The notes under the pieces: generated by a model
The model's input: only the letters and a program-made list of their open reading frames with translations
Told to the model about the DNA's origin: nothing
Databases searched by the model: none
Position numbers and translations under genes: made by a program
In this document: piece by piece, positions 1 through 9,108 of the stretch
Layout: each line of letters opens with the position of its first letter
Numbering within the stretch: the first letter of the stretch is position 1
IMG/VR virus record: IMGVR_UViG_3300014031_000001
Coordinates: 32,001-96,000 of that record
Length of the DNA stretch: 64,000 bases
Strand: one strand, 5' to 3'
DNA from: a virus
Taxonomy: Duplodnaviria > Caudoviricetes

Positions 1-2
1 AG

Positions 3-296
3 CTGACGAGTTCGGGCCCCTCGATGGTAGGCCAGAGCGCCCGCCATATCTGCGAGCACTGTTTGACGGAAGGTATGCCCGTCTACCGGCCCGCCAACTG
101 CGGCGGCAAGATGTGCCGGTGGCTGACCTGCCCCTACCACCCCGACCACGGCACGCAGCGTGCGGGGATGCACGGCTGGTACGGTCAGCACGGCCAGCTC
201 GCCGGCGGTAGCCTGCGGGTGAATTCGATGGTCCGGCGTGCTAGTTTGGATGGTACGCGACAGCCAACAATGAAGCAGCTAGAGGGGCCACGATGA
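3..296 (+). CDS. Cys/His-rich hypothetical protein (probably 5'-truncated)
   Basis: Open frame from the window edge with CxxC and CxxxxCPYH; stop overlaps the next ATG (ATGA). Confidence 0.5.
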   Translation: MTSSGPSMVGQSARHICEHCLTEGMPVYRPANCGGKMCRWLTCPYHPDHGTQRAGMHGWYGQHGQLAGGSLRVNSMVRRASLDGTRQPTMKQLEGPR

Positions 297-589
297 GCTT
301 CTGGGATGGATTTGAGAAGAGTGTGCTTTCCCCTCCTGGTGCACTTAGGATCGGCGAAAAGAAAGCTGGCCTTGCCAAAGGCTTTCTTGCCGGCGTGCTC
401 GGCGTCGAGGACTTGGCGACTGAGACGCTCGCGCGCCAAGCAGGCAAGGCCGCCCGTCACACGGTCGCACCCGTCGTCGCCGCCGGCGGCACGGCAGCTG
501 TGATTCGGCACAAAGACAGGTCGGAAAAGAAAGAAGAGGCCGCGGCCGAGAAGACCGCCTTCTGGCGCGGCTTCGGTAAAGCCGTTTAA
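293..589 (+). CDS. Small putative virion-internal protein with FWxGF tags at both termini
   Basis: Starts MSFWDGFEKS, ends EKTAFWRGFGKAV. Confidence 0.75.
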   Translation: MSFWDGFEKSVLSPPGALRIGEKKAGLAKGFLAGVLGVEDLATETLARQAGKAARHTVAPVVAAGGTAAVIRHKDRSEKKEEAAAEKTAFWRGFGKAV

Positions 590-646
590 TTCAGTGACCT
601 GCCGTGGTATTTTGGTGCAAACCGAGATAGCGCGGAGAGACGAACC

Positions 647-1066
647 ATGGACACCAACAAGGTCTGGCTGACCGGTCTTGTCATTTCCAGGCCGATTCTG
701 ACAAAATCTCCGAAGACGACGTTCGCGTCGTTCACGCTTCTCGTGCAGGAGAGCTTCAAAGATCGCGCCGGCGTCAACAAGATCCACCCCAACATCGTCA
801 TCGTCGAAAGCCTCGGACGCAGCGCCGAGACGGTGGCGGCAAGGGTCGTCGAGGGCCAGCGCTTCGGCGTCGAAGGCTACATGCGGCAAGACGAGCGCGA
901 CGGGCACAGCAACGTGCGCGTCCGCTCGTTTTCCGTCTACCCGGAAAAATCAGCAGGGGCAGAAAACTATCGCCAGGGCCTCGTCCAGGCCCTTAGCATC
1001 CTCGCCAAGCATGGGAGCCTCGGCAGCGCCGTCAAGGAGCTGGAGGCGCTCGTCTCGGCCGGGTAG
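647..1066 (+). CDS. SSB/PriB-like OB-fold ssDNA-binding protein lacking an acidic tail
   Basis: NKVWLTG..P, ASFTL, AETV....EGQRFGVEGYMR follow the SSB pattern; GGAG RBS. Confidence 0.7.
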   Translation: MDTNKVWLTGLVISRPILTKSPKTTFASFTLLVQESFKDRAGVNKIHPNIVIVESLGRSAETVAARVVEGQRFGVEGYMRQDERDGHSNVRVRSFSVYPEKSAGAENYRQGLVQALSILAKHGSLGSAVKELEALVSAG

Positions 1067-1078
1067 GAGAACACAGCA

Positions 1079-1762
1079 GTGCTAAAGCTTCAGCGCCACT
1101 ACGAGTCCTACGGAGCCTCCGTCAGGGCTAGCCTTCCCGACACCTACGACGCCTTCGCCAAGGCCACGCCCACGGAAGTCCCCGAGCGCTTTCCCACCAT
1201 CTTCGACTTTCTGGCCTACGCCGCCTCGCATGTCAAATCAGCCATCGACCTGGGCGACGAAGCCCACTACCAGCACACGCTCAAGGTCCACCAGAAGGCC
1301 TTGCTCCACATGTGCCTCACCATGGTGGAGCGCGAGCTTGCACTGTTGGGAGAGCCCTCGTCGGAGTCCTTAATGAAGCTGCTCAACGGAAAGGGCTACC
1401 TGTGGTATCGCTACTGCCCGCTGTCGGTCACCTTCGACATGCGCCGCCCTGACGGCACGCCGCGCTCGGTGGCGATCCTGCCGCGCTACGACGAAGCGCT
1501 GGTGGCGCGCGTGCCCGAGGGCTGCGAGTACATGGACGGCGAGGAGGCCGAGGCGATCCGCAAGGCACAAGATCCCGTCTTTGCCGATGCGCTGTTCGCC
1601 GCCAAGCGCGGCACAGCCGAGGGCCACTGGAAGCTCCTGCCATCCGATGCGCCCAGCATCTCGCCGCATGCCCAGGTCGTCATTGCCCCCTGGCAGACCT
1701 TCAACGCGGGGCTCGTGCGCGACTGGACCTTGCCGCTCTTCCCCGAGGTGACTCGTGGGTAG
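1079..1762 (+). CDS. Hypothetical protein
   Basis: GGAG RBS plus GTG, high GC3 codon bias. Confidence 0.7.
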   Translation: MLKLQRHYESYGASVRASLPDTYDAFAKATPTEVPERFPTIFDFLAYAASHVKSAIDLGDEAHYQHTLKVHQKALLHMCLTMVERELALLGEPSSESLMKLLNGKGYLWYRYCPLSVTFDMRRPDGTPRSVAILPRYDEALVARVPEGCEYMDGEEAEAIRKAQDPVFADALFAAKRGTAEGHWKLLPSDAPSISPHAQVVIAPWQTFNAGLVRDWTLPLFPEVTRG

Positions 1763-2183
1763 CACCGAAGGGGACTTCAACGCGAGACTGACGCGGGGCT
1801 TTAAGCCCCTGTCGCCGGACCTGCTGGCGTTGAAAACGTCGGACCGTTTTCACGCGGGCGTGCCCGACTTCATCTTGGTCTACAAGGCGCAGACCGCGGC
1901 CCTCGAGGTCAAGTACGTGTCGTCTTGGCCCACCAACCAAGCCAAGCTTCTGGGGCACCCCTTCCAGGGTCCGCAGATCACCTACCTTCGGCGCCTTCAC
2001 CTTGCGGGTGCGCGCGCCTTCGGCCTGGTGGGCATCAAGCCGGCGCACGCGATGTACCTCATCGCCCACGACGAGCTTCCCGAAGACGGCAACTGGTCGG
2101 TCGCCGAGTTCACCCGGCGGTTCGGGGACAGGGCGTTGCCGACCAGCAACGCGGTCGAGCTGGTGCGCAGGATCTTTTTTTAG
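1755..2183 (+). CDS. PD-(D/E)xK nuclease (VRR-NUC / Holliday junction resolvase-like)
   Basis: GVPDFIL...ALEVK motif and downstream QITYL. Confidence 0.75.
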   Translation: MGSTEGDFNARLTRGFKPLSPDLLALKTSDRFHAGVPDFILVYKAQTAALEVKYVSSWPTNQAKLLGHPFQGPQITYLRRLHLAGARAFGLVGIKPAHAMYLIAHDELPEDGNWSVAEFTRRFGDRALPTSNAVELVRRIFF

Positions 2184-2194
2184 GAGAGACACAC

Positions 2195-2686
2195 GTGAGC
2201 TCGCGCGACCTTCTGGGCGACATCTTCCGGGCGAAAGAGTACGACGTGCGGACGTTCATGGACGTCATCCGCGACGAGACCTTGCGCGAGACGCCGACAG
2301 ACATCGGGTCGGCCATCGCCAACGAGCCGGTGGCCGACGTGCACTCGACGGCGACTTCGGTCGTCCACACGTCAGGCTTCATTCGCATCGAGTGCGTCAC
2401 CAACAAGGACGACGTCGCCTGGCACGTGGCGCCCCTGCACCCGAAGAAGCCCTGGAGGGTCAACGAGGACCGCGTGATCTACACAATCATGCGGGTGATG
2501 GCGCAGACCCTGCCCAACACGCTGAAGGTCGAGGTCGGACTGCCCTACCATGACCCCGAGGGCAAGTGGGACATTAAAGAGATGACCTTCCGCGCCCGCG
2601 GCGTCAAGAAGGTCTGGAACGTCACCAGCCGGGACCTCGACAAGATGGTGGAGCGGCTCTTCGTCGCCCTCAACCAGCTGGTCTAG
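2195..2686 (+). CDS. Hypothetical protein
   Basis: AGGAG RBS then GTG at 2195, within the longer 1925..2686 frame. Confidence 0.7.
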   Translation: MSSRDLLGDIFRAKEYDVRTFMDVIRDETLRETPTDIGSAIANEPVADVHSTATSVVHTSGFIRIECVTNKDDVAWHVAPLHPKKPWRVNEDRVIYTIMRVMAQTLPNTLKVEVGLPYHDPEGKWDIKEMTFRARGVKKVWNVTSRDLDKMVERLFVALNQLV

Positions 2687-2771
2687 GCAGCGGAGAAACG
2701 GCCGCGTCGGGGTAAAAGCTTCCTAGCGGGGACGCGGCTGCTACAATGTGGCAAACACCGCGAGGTTCCCT

Positions 2772-3032
2772 ATGACCACTAAGGCTTTTAGTAGCGGGGC
2801 CGTAGCTCTGCTTTTGTCGGCGTGTGCGACCGCCAGCCCACCGCGAACGCGTCAGCAGCAGCTCGAACGCCGCGTGCTCCAGCTAGAGACCTGGAAGTCG
2901 GACGTCGAGCTGCGCATCGACGCCATCGAAAAGTTGCCGACGCGGTCGGCGGCACGCGTCTCCGAGCTGGAGAGCCTGCTTGGGCTGGCCTTGGCGACGC
3001 CGCGGGACGCCTGCCCGGCGAGTTCAGAGTAG
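2772..3032 (+). CDS. Putative lipoprotein with coiled coil
   Basis: Hydrophobic stretch, lipobox LSAC, then heptad-like helix. Confidence 0.5.
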   Translation: MTTKAFSSGAVALLLSACATASPPRTRQQQLERRVLQLETWKSDVELRIDAIEKLPTRSAARVSELESLLGLALATPRDACPASSE

Positions 3033-3065
3033 CCATACTTTTAGTCGAGGCAGGGAGAACACAGC

Positions 3066-3332
3066 ATGGAATTAGACCCGAAGGAGCTACGAAAAACGAT
3101 AGCGGACCGCCGACACGCGCGCCTTGGCGTACCATTTATCCATATGGCGGTGACAGATTTGCGCTTGGCGCTGCCGACGCCCGAAGAGCTGCGACGCTTG
3201 GCCGCTTACGTCGACGTCGCCGTTTTGCGCAGGATAGACGACCCCGACGTCATTGCCGAACAGTTTGATGAGCTCAAAAATAAGCTGCTTCTCTGGGCGA
3301 CGGCCCTCGAACTGTTCGATGCCAGCACTTGA
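3066..3332 (+). CDS. Hypothetical protein
   Basis: GGAG RBS plus ATG. Confidence 0.6.
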   Translation: MELDPKELRKTIADRRHARLGVPFIHMAVTDLRLALPTPEELRRLAAYVDVAVLRRIDDPDVIAEQFDELKNKLLLWATALELFDAST

Positions 3333-3370
3333 AAGTGGTATGTGTAACCTTAAACCTACGGCGGACGCCC

Positions 3371-3583
3371 ATGCCACGACGGCCACTCCTTCTGCTCGTA
3401 TTGCTCGGCTCGTGCGCACACCACGCCAAGCCGCACCACAAGCCGCAGCGCGACAGCTGCAGCGACCGTATGGGCGACCTGCAAGACAAGTTTGACACGG
3501 CGATCTTCGCCTGTCGCAACGACCTGGCCGCCTGCGAGCGCGCCTGCCCGGCGCTTCCCGGCCGCCCCCGAAGGAGACGCTGA
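3371..3583 (+). CDS. Small putative lipoprotein
   Basis: MPRRPLLLLVLLGSC signal peptide with lipobox. Confidence 0.5.
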   Translation: MPRRPLLLLVLLGSCAHHAKPHHKPQRDSCSDRMGDLQDKFDTAIFACRNDLAACERACPALPGRPRRRR

Positions 3584-3819
3584 TGGAAAAGTGCCGAGCA
3601 CGTACCTGCAAAGAGGTGGCCTTGCGCCATCAGCCGCTGTGCCAGGTCCACTGGATGAAGGTGCCGTGGCCCATGCGCCGCAAGCTCAGTAAGATGCTGC
3701 GCAAAAACGACCTGATGGCGCACTCTTTTCACAACGGCCTGGCGTCAACCGTCGTGGCCTACGTGAACAAACTTGAGATGGCGGCCAGGAGGCCGCTCCC
3801 GGGAGAACACAGTGCTTGA
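3583..3819 (+). CDS. Small Cys/His zinc-binding protein
   Basis: C-x4-C...CQVHW motif; coupled to the upstream stop. Confidence 0.6.
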   Translation: MEKCRARTCKEVALRHQPLCQVHWMKVPWPMRRKLSKMLRKNDLMAHSFHNGLASTVVAYVNKLEMAARRPLPGEHSA

Positions 3820-3843
3820 GCTTAGCTTTGAGGAGGCCATGTC

Positions 3844-4422
3844 ATGAAAGAGCTGTTTGACAACCCCAGCCCGCCGCTTGAGCTTTACGTCAAAGAGCCC
3901 GACGGAACGCTAAAGATTACGACCGCCATGGCGTGCGCCCACTGCCGTGCCGTGCGCCACTCGGAGGCGGCCGCTCTCAGGTGCTGCCTACAGCAAAAGT
4001 GCGCCGACTGCGGCGCCAACGTCGACCAGAGCGCCATGCGCTGTAACGACTGTCACGAGGTTCGTCGTGAGGGGCGAGCTGCCGAGGTGGCCGATGACGG
4101 GCACCCTGTGTTCGACGACAGCCGCGGCGAGTACTACGACAGCTTGGACGCCTACCTCGACGAGGTGCCGCCGGAGAACCGTAGCGAGTTCGTCTACGCC
4201 TGCAGGGCCCACGAGTACCCGGGAATCAACGTCGACGCCGTGCTAGAAAACATCCAAGAGGCCTACCACGAGGAGGCCGACTACACGGTCGTTGACCGCC
4301 TCGAGCTTGTGGACTTCATTGACGCCTGGAACGCCAAGCAGCCGAAGATCGAAGGCTGGGACGGCGACTACTCTCGCAAGATTCGTGTCCCCGCAGAGCC
4401 CCCAAAGGAAAGCGCACCATGA
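3844..4422 (+). CDS. Cys-rich hypothetical phage protein
   Basis: Several CxxC motifs, acidic C-terminal half, GAGG RBS. Confidence 0.7.
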   Translation: MKELFDNPSPPLELYVKEPDGTLKITTAMACAHCRAVRHSEAAALRCCLQQKCADCGANVDQSAMRCNDCHEVRREGRAAEVADDGHPVFDDSRGEYYDSLDAYLDEVPPENRSEFVYACRAHEYPGINVDAVLENIQEAYHEEADYTVVDRLELVDFIDAWNAKQPKIEGWDGDYSRKIRVPAEPPKESAP

Positions 4423-4461
4423 CTTTTGTTCCCGGAATCCGCGCCATCGAAGGAGTCTTCC

Positions 4462-4674
4462 ATGTGGCAAGAAATGAAAGCGTTCAGCTATCCAACAAAT
4501 GCGTGGGACTACCGCGGCGCACGCTTCCTCTTCTACTGCCCGGACCATGGCGTCGTCATTGGTGTCTGCATTCTCGAAGACGCTGAAGATGCAGACAACA
4601 AGGACTATTCATTCCGCGACGGCGAGAGAACTTTTTCGCCGACTCATTGGATGCCTCTGCCTCCGGCTCCGTGA
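4462..4674 (+). CDS. DUF551-like small phage protein
   Basis: C-terminal PTHWMPLPPAP signature; AGGAG RBS. Confidence 0.6.
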   Translation: MWQEMKAFSYPTNAWDYRGARFLFYCPDHGVVIGVCILEDAEDADNKDYSFRDGERTFSPTHWMPLPPAP

Positions 4675-4752
4675 GTCGAGTTGCTCGCGAAGCGCCGCAA
4701 CCTGTAATTACTTCTACCACCGCGATTTCATCGCAACCACTAGTAGGCCCCC

Positions 4753-5478
4753 ATGTCGATAAACCTGACGCCCCCTGACGCAAGCTTCGTGTTTCCGAGC
4801 CGCCAGCCCGCCCTTGGAGGGGCGATGGGGCTGTCCGCGCACGAGATCGCCGAGATTCTCGGCACGACCTTCTCGAAGGTCAAAAAAAAGATGGGAGGCG
4901 ACGACTTTGCCGAAATGGTTAAGTGCCTGCAATCGCAAACAAACCCGTATGGGATGGTTCACGATGTCAACGGGTTAGCCTTCACCACGATTGTGGTGGA
5001 CGAACTGACGGCGCGCGCCTTCATCGCCAAGTGGAACTGCCCCAAGGGGTACGCCTACCTGCGCTGGCTTTTCGCCTGCGAGCAGGCCGTGCCGAAACTG
5101 ATCGCTCGGCTGCACGAGGCCGAGCAGAAGATTAGCTTTCTGTGTAGACCGCGCCGGCGAGTACAAAGCGGCCGCACCGTGCACATTGGCTACAAGGTGC
5201 GCGAGCGCAAGAACATCTTTGGCGAGACCGAGTATTACCGCGAGGAAGTGCGCGAAGCGCTACTCGCACTCGGACAGGCCGACCGCAGTCTTTGGCAGCT
5301 GCGCCACATGGCCTCGGTCGGCGAGGGCCTGCTACGCCGCTCTAAGGAGCTGCAGGAGCAGCTGAGCCTGCTGGGCCTGCCCCCGTACGAGGAGCGCGTA
5401 AAAGACATGCCCCACAAGGTCTTTACCAAGCTCGAGGGGCCCCCAGGCCGCGAAGGCGCCCCCCTTACGAAACACTAG
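4753..5478 (+). CDS. Rha/antirepressor-like regulatory protein
   Basis: LSAHEIAEILG N-terminal helix and ARAFIAKW..PKGYAYLRWL..CE resemble Rha/AntA-type domains. Confidence 0.45.
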   Translation: MSINLTPPDASFVFPSRQPALGGAMGLSAHEIAEILGTTFSKVKKKMGGDDFAEMVKCLQSQTNPYGMVHDVNGLAFTTIVVDELTARAFIAKWNCPKGYAYLRWLFACEQAVPKLIARLHEAEQKISFLCRPRRRVQSGRTVHIGYKVRERKNIFGETEYYREEVREALLALGQADRSLWQLRHMASVGEGLLRRSKELQEQLSLLGLPPYEERVKDMPHKVFTKLEGPPGREGAPLTKH

Positions 5479-5488
5479 GAGCGCGCGG

Positions 5489-5869
5489 ATGTCGACACCA
5501 CCTATGAGCGACCCTGACAAGATCCTCCTGCCCTGCCCCAACACGCTCTGCAAGCTCACGGTGGAAGACCTTACCTTCGACTGGAAAGACCAATTCTTCA
5601 GCAGAGCCGTGCGCGTTGCCTGCCCTTGTGGCACGTCCGGCCCATGGTACGAAAGACGCCGGCCGGTAGTCGCGGCGCGCGTCGCCGCCAACGCGTGGAA
5701 CAAGCTACCGCGGCACAGCGGAAAAAGCGGCTGCTTACTCCCTGCCGCCGATGAAAGTGAGCTCGCGTCAGACCTTACGCTGTACGGAACCGCGTACAAG
5801 TACGCCTGTCCTTGCGGGCTCTTTCATCGCATGGTTCCCGACCGCGTGACGCTGGAGTTTAAGCGGTGA
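5489..5869 (+). CDS. Lar-like zinc-ribbon protein (restriction alleviation family-like)
   Basis: LLPCP..C, CPCG..GP, AANAWN. Confidence 0.5.
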   Translation: MSTPPMSDPDKILLPCPNTLCKLTVEDLTFDWKDQFFSRAVRVACPCGTSGPWYERRRPVVAARVAANAWNKLPRHSGKSGCLLPAADESELASDLTLYGTAYKYACPCGLFHRMVPDRVTLEFKR

Positions 5870-6144
5870 CCGCCAAAAAATCGACCGCCCGCGCCGACGT
5901 AAAAACCATGGGCGCCACGTTCGTCGCGGGCGAGCGCGCACCAAAAAAGAAGGCGCGGCGCGCCACAACCCTCCTGCCATGCCCATTCTGCGGTCACCGT
6001 CCCAAGGTGCTGCCCTCCGAATGGGACGAGCTTTTCTACTACTTCATTTCCTGCGAGGCGTTCAGCTGCGGCGTGCGCCCGCGCACTCAGCTCTTCTTTG
6101 CCCGCAGCGGCGCAGTATCCGTCTGGAACACGAGGAAGCCGTGA
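5866..6144 (+). CDS. Lar family restriction alleviation-like protein
   Basis: LLPCPFCG...C...C...AVSVWNTR. Confidence 0.7.
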   Translation: MTAKKSTARADVKTMGATFVAGERAPKKKARRATTLLPCPFCGHRPKVLPSEWDELFYYFISCEAFSCGVRPRTQLFFARSGAVSVWNTRKP

Positions 6145-6198
6145 CAGTGCGGCCCTTTCCGCGATACTTTGGTGGCATCCACCGACTGGAGAAAACAC

Positions 6199-6606
6199 AT
6201 GCTGCCCACTTGGACTGCAGGGACCGGCTCGGCCTATGATCTTGCGCTGCTGTGCACCTTGATCGCTGGCGCTGTCTGCGGCATGCTAGCCCTCTTCCTC
6301 GCTGCGCGCAGCGACCGAGACTGCAAAAAGCTTCGCACCGCATCACAGTCCTTCGCCGACGTGGTGCGCAAGCGCTGGGCCGATGAAGACCAGGGCGGCA
6401 CACGCGAAGCGCTACGCTTCCAGGCGGAGTCGGCGCTCTCGAGCTGGCACCTGGAAATCAAGCGGACCGGGGGGTTGGTGGGCGAGAACAAGAAGCTGCG
6501 CGCCGCCCTTGGCTGGTACGCCGGCCTCGAGGGCGCCGTGTACCCGCATGCTGTAAACAGAGACGAGGGCAGCCGGGCGCGCGAGGCGCTAAAGGGAAAG
6601 GCATGA
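6199..6606 (+). CDS. Membrane-anchored coiled-coil hypothetical protein
   Basis: N-terminal hydrophobic helix; ends with the phage-typical AREAL. Confidence 0.55.
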   Translation: MLPTWTAGTGSAYDLALLCTLIAGAVCGMLALFLAARSDRDCKKLRTASQSFADVVRKRWADEDQGGTREALRFQAESALSSWHLEIKRTGGLVGENKKLRAALGWYAGLEGAVYPHAVNRDEGSRAREALKGKA

Positions 6607-6854
6607 CAAGATTTAGAAGTCGAGACCGCATGGTAAGAGCCGTTCAGTGGCTAGTCAACGACGCCAGCTTTGAGGCCGTTGAGCGTATGGCCAGCGGGTT
6701 GCTCGAGGACATCAATGGCCGTGATCTTTACATCTTCGAGCGCTTCGAGACGATGACGCTGCTGCCGGGCTACTGGCTTGTCGACGACGGCCGGAGTCCC
6801 CCCTTCGTCATGCCCGATGACGCCTTTGCACAAGCCTATGAACAGCAAGACTAG
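6603..6854 (+). CDS. Conserved small phage protein (PGDYG-like)
   Basis: VRAVQW...PGYWLV...PDDAFAQAYE pattern. Confidence 0.6.
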   Translation: MTRFRSRDRMVRAVQWLVNDASFEAVERMASGLLEDINGRDLYIFERFETMTLLPGYWLVDDGRSPPFVMPDDAFAQAYEQQD

Positions 6855-6867
6855 ACAGGACGCCGCC

Positions 6868-7116
6868 ATGACAGCTGCCAAGAAGCAACCACCGACCGGC
6901 GTATTTTGCTGCGAGTCCCTTCGAAACGTGACGCAAGAAGAGCCCCTTACCAAAGGCATCGTCCGCGCCTACGCGCTCAGCTCCCGCAAGAAGGTGGGCG
7001 ACCCGTCGGCCGTGTCGTCCAGCCTTGCCTACCGCAGCGGCACGGGGCGCACGGCCCTGCAGCTGCGGCTGCTCTTTTGCCCCTTTTGCGGAGCTGTCCT
7101 GCAGTACGAGGGCTGA
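6868..7116 (+). CDS. Small zinc-finger protein
   Basis: FCC...FCPFCG. Confidence 0.55.
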   Translation: MTAAKKQPPTGVFCCESLRNVTQEEPLTKGIVRAYALSSRKKVGDPSAVSSSLAYRSGTGRTALQLRLLFCPFCGAVLQYEG

Positions 7117-7117
7117 T

Positions 7118-7540
7118 ATGTCGAGTCACCTCTGCAAGCGCCACGGCCAGCGCAGCTGGCTATACGTGAGGGCTGCCGGCGGCAAGGTCTGCGTGCGCGA
7201 GGGCCACTACAGCATCCTCGTGCGGCTCGAAACCGAACACGTCTACCCCGACTACTTCACCCAAAACGAGACAGGACAGCTTGTGGCAACCATCGATAAA
7301 GTGACGCTCCGCAACCTTCGCCTAGAGCTCATCGAGGCGGCCAACGACGAGCCCGGCGTTTTTCTTGCCCTCGACACGCCGCTGGAAGAAGTCCTGCCCT
7401 ACATCATCCCGGTCGTTCGCCGCCAGGTGAAGGTGACCGAAGACCGGCTCGACCTTGAGACCAAGGTTGAGGACTTGGAGCAGGAGCTCGCCGAGCTGAG
7501 AAGAACCCTCGGTGGTCTTAGCGGCAAGCCCGTGGCATGA
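7118..7540 (+). CDS. Hypothetical protein with C-terminal coiled coil
   Basis: Tight operon packing and codon bias. Confidence 0.6.
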   Translation: MSSHLCKRHGQRSWLYVRAAGGKVCVREGHYSILVRLETEHVYPDYFTQNETGQLVATIDKVTLRNLRLELIEAANDEPGVFLALDTPLEEVLPYIIPVVRRQVKVTEDRLDLETKVEDLEQELAELRRTLGGLSGKPVA

Positions 7541-7806
7541 AGTGGGGTCGCGGCTGGAAGCCAGAGTTTTCGCCGAGCTCAGCCAGCACGGAGCTGCTAC
7601 GCCACAGCCTCTCGAAGGCTGGCGTGACGCGGGCCTTCATCGTCGAGAGCAGCCTCACTTTAGAGATCTTTGTGCCGCGGTCTGAGAAGAAAAAAGCCTT
7701 AAAGATCATGACTAAAATCATGCCGCGCGGAATCTACTGGGAGGTGTCGGGCACTTTGCCTTGGTGGCGGTGCCGGCTTCGCCGTATCCGTGTCAGGTAC
7801 GGCTAA
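7537..7806 (+). CDS. Hypothetical protein
   Basis: ATG overlaps the end of the upstream gene. Confidence 0.5.
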   Translation: MKWGRGWKPEFSPSSASTELLRHSLSKAGVTRAFIVESSLTLEIFVPRSEKKKALKIMTKIMPRGIYWEVSGTLPWWRCRLRRIRVRYG

Positions 7807-7818
7807 AAAGGGGCACCC

Positions 7819-8190
7819 GTGAACTGCTTTTTCAGCCTTCCCCTCGCCTTGATCGCCGCCGTGCTCGCCACCGCTGCCTACGCGTTCTACCGCAGTCACG
7901 CGGTCTTTCGCTACCGCAGCAAGGTTCGCGAGGCCATCTACACCTACAACATGTCGGTCGTCGAAGAGTGGTCGACGCTGGACCCGATGCCCCACCTGCT
8001 TGACCACGACCTCTGCCTACCCTACGACTACGACACCATGATGCGACGCTTTTGGGTGTGGCCGCTGGCGCGCTTTCATGCCTGCCAGCGCGGACGCAAC
8101 CACGACGGCTGCCTCATCTGCGGCGAGCCTGTCGCGGAAGGGGGTAGCGCTAACCAAGCCAACCTAGGAGGCCACCCTGATGTCACCTGA
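7819..8190 (+). CDS. Hypothetical membrane protein
   Basis: N-terminal TM helix; YDTMMRRFWVWP. Confidence 0.55.
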   Translation: MNCFFSLPLALIAAVLATAAYAFYRSHAVFRYRSKVREAIYTYNMSVVEEWSTLDPMPHLLDHDLCLPYDYDTMMRRFWVWPLARFHACQRGRNHDGCLICGEPVAEGGSANQANLGGHPDVT

Positions 8191-8425
8191 CGACACAAGG
8201 CACTTCACCCTTGCGGACGTCGTCGCGATGACCGCACACAACCCGATCGTTGCGAAGTGCTGGCGGCTGCCGATCCCCGAGACGGAAAGGCTCGCGACGA
8301 TGATCGTCCACCTGGCCCGTGCCAACACAAGGCTTATCGACGAGGTGTCGCGCATGTACATGACGCGTGCCTTTTCTCCGGCGAGCATCGACGACATCCT
8401 GATTTTGCCAAAGGGAGGGGGGTGA
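8180..8425 (+). CDS. Hypothetical protein
   Basis: GGAGG RBS plus ATG. Confidence 0.55.
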   Translation: MSPDDTRHFTLADVVAMTAHNPIVAKCWRLPIPETERLATMIVHLARANTRLIDEVSRMYMTRAFSPASIDDILILPKGGG

Positions 8426-8426
8426 C

Positions 8427-9083
8427 GTGCTCCCGATCAAGACCTCCTGCCGATGCGGCGGCGCCGGCAAGATGCGAATAGACGACCCGCAGACCCCCCG
8501 CTACTCGGTGGTGTGCGAGCGTTGCAAGGTCTCGACAGAGCGCAGCTGGTACACGATGACAGTGGCGCTCCTCGACTGGGAGGCCTTCGTGCAGACGGGG
8601 CGAGTCGTAAACATGCCGGAGAGAAAAAAGGAGGCGCCCTACGTGGAGCTTACGGAAGAGGAAAGAAAAGCCATCGCCGCGCTTGTGGCCTATGCCGAAC
8701 AGCACCCGGTCTCGCTCGGAGACCTGCAAAGGCAGATGGCTGGCCGCGGCGCAAGCCCCGAGGTCAACCCGCTGCGCGTGCTGAAGCTGCGCGACTACCG
8801 CATCGTGTTCACGATCGAGCATCAGCCGATGGGGTGGTGCCGCCACGCGAGCCTCTCGTTCAACCGTGCCAAGCCGCAGAGCCCCGCCGAATCGCGCGCC
8901 CTGCTCAGCGCGCTCGGCTACCAGTTTGACTCGTCTACCGCCATCGACAAGACGGCGCGTTGGAACGAGGAGGGCCACACCATCACCGGCGAGGCCTTCG
9001 CCGCCGTCAACTATGTCCAGGCCATCGAAGGCCACTTCGCCCCGCCGGTCGTGACGCCGGCGACGGAGGAGCGCATCAATTGA
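8427..9083 (+). CDS. Hypothetical protein with N-terminal zinc ribbon
   Basis: CxCG...CxxC, then IEHQPMGWCRHASLS. Confidence 0.6.
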   Translation: MLPIKTSCRCGGAGKMRIDDPQTPRYSVVCERCKVSTERSWYTMTVALLDWEAFVQTGRVVNMPERKKEAPYVELTEEERKAIAALVAYAEQHPVSLGDLQRQMAGRGASPEVNPLRVLKLRDYRIVFTIEHQPMGWCRHASLSFNRAKPQSPAESRALLSALGYQFDSSTAIDKTARWNEEGHTITGEAFAAVNYVQAIEGHFAPPVVTPATEERIN

Positions 9084-9108
9084 AACCCTATAGCCTGGAT
9101 AAGCCCCC

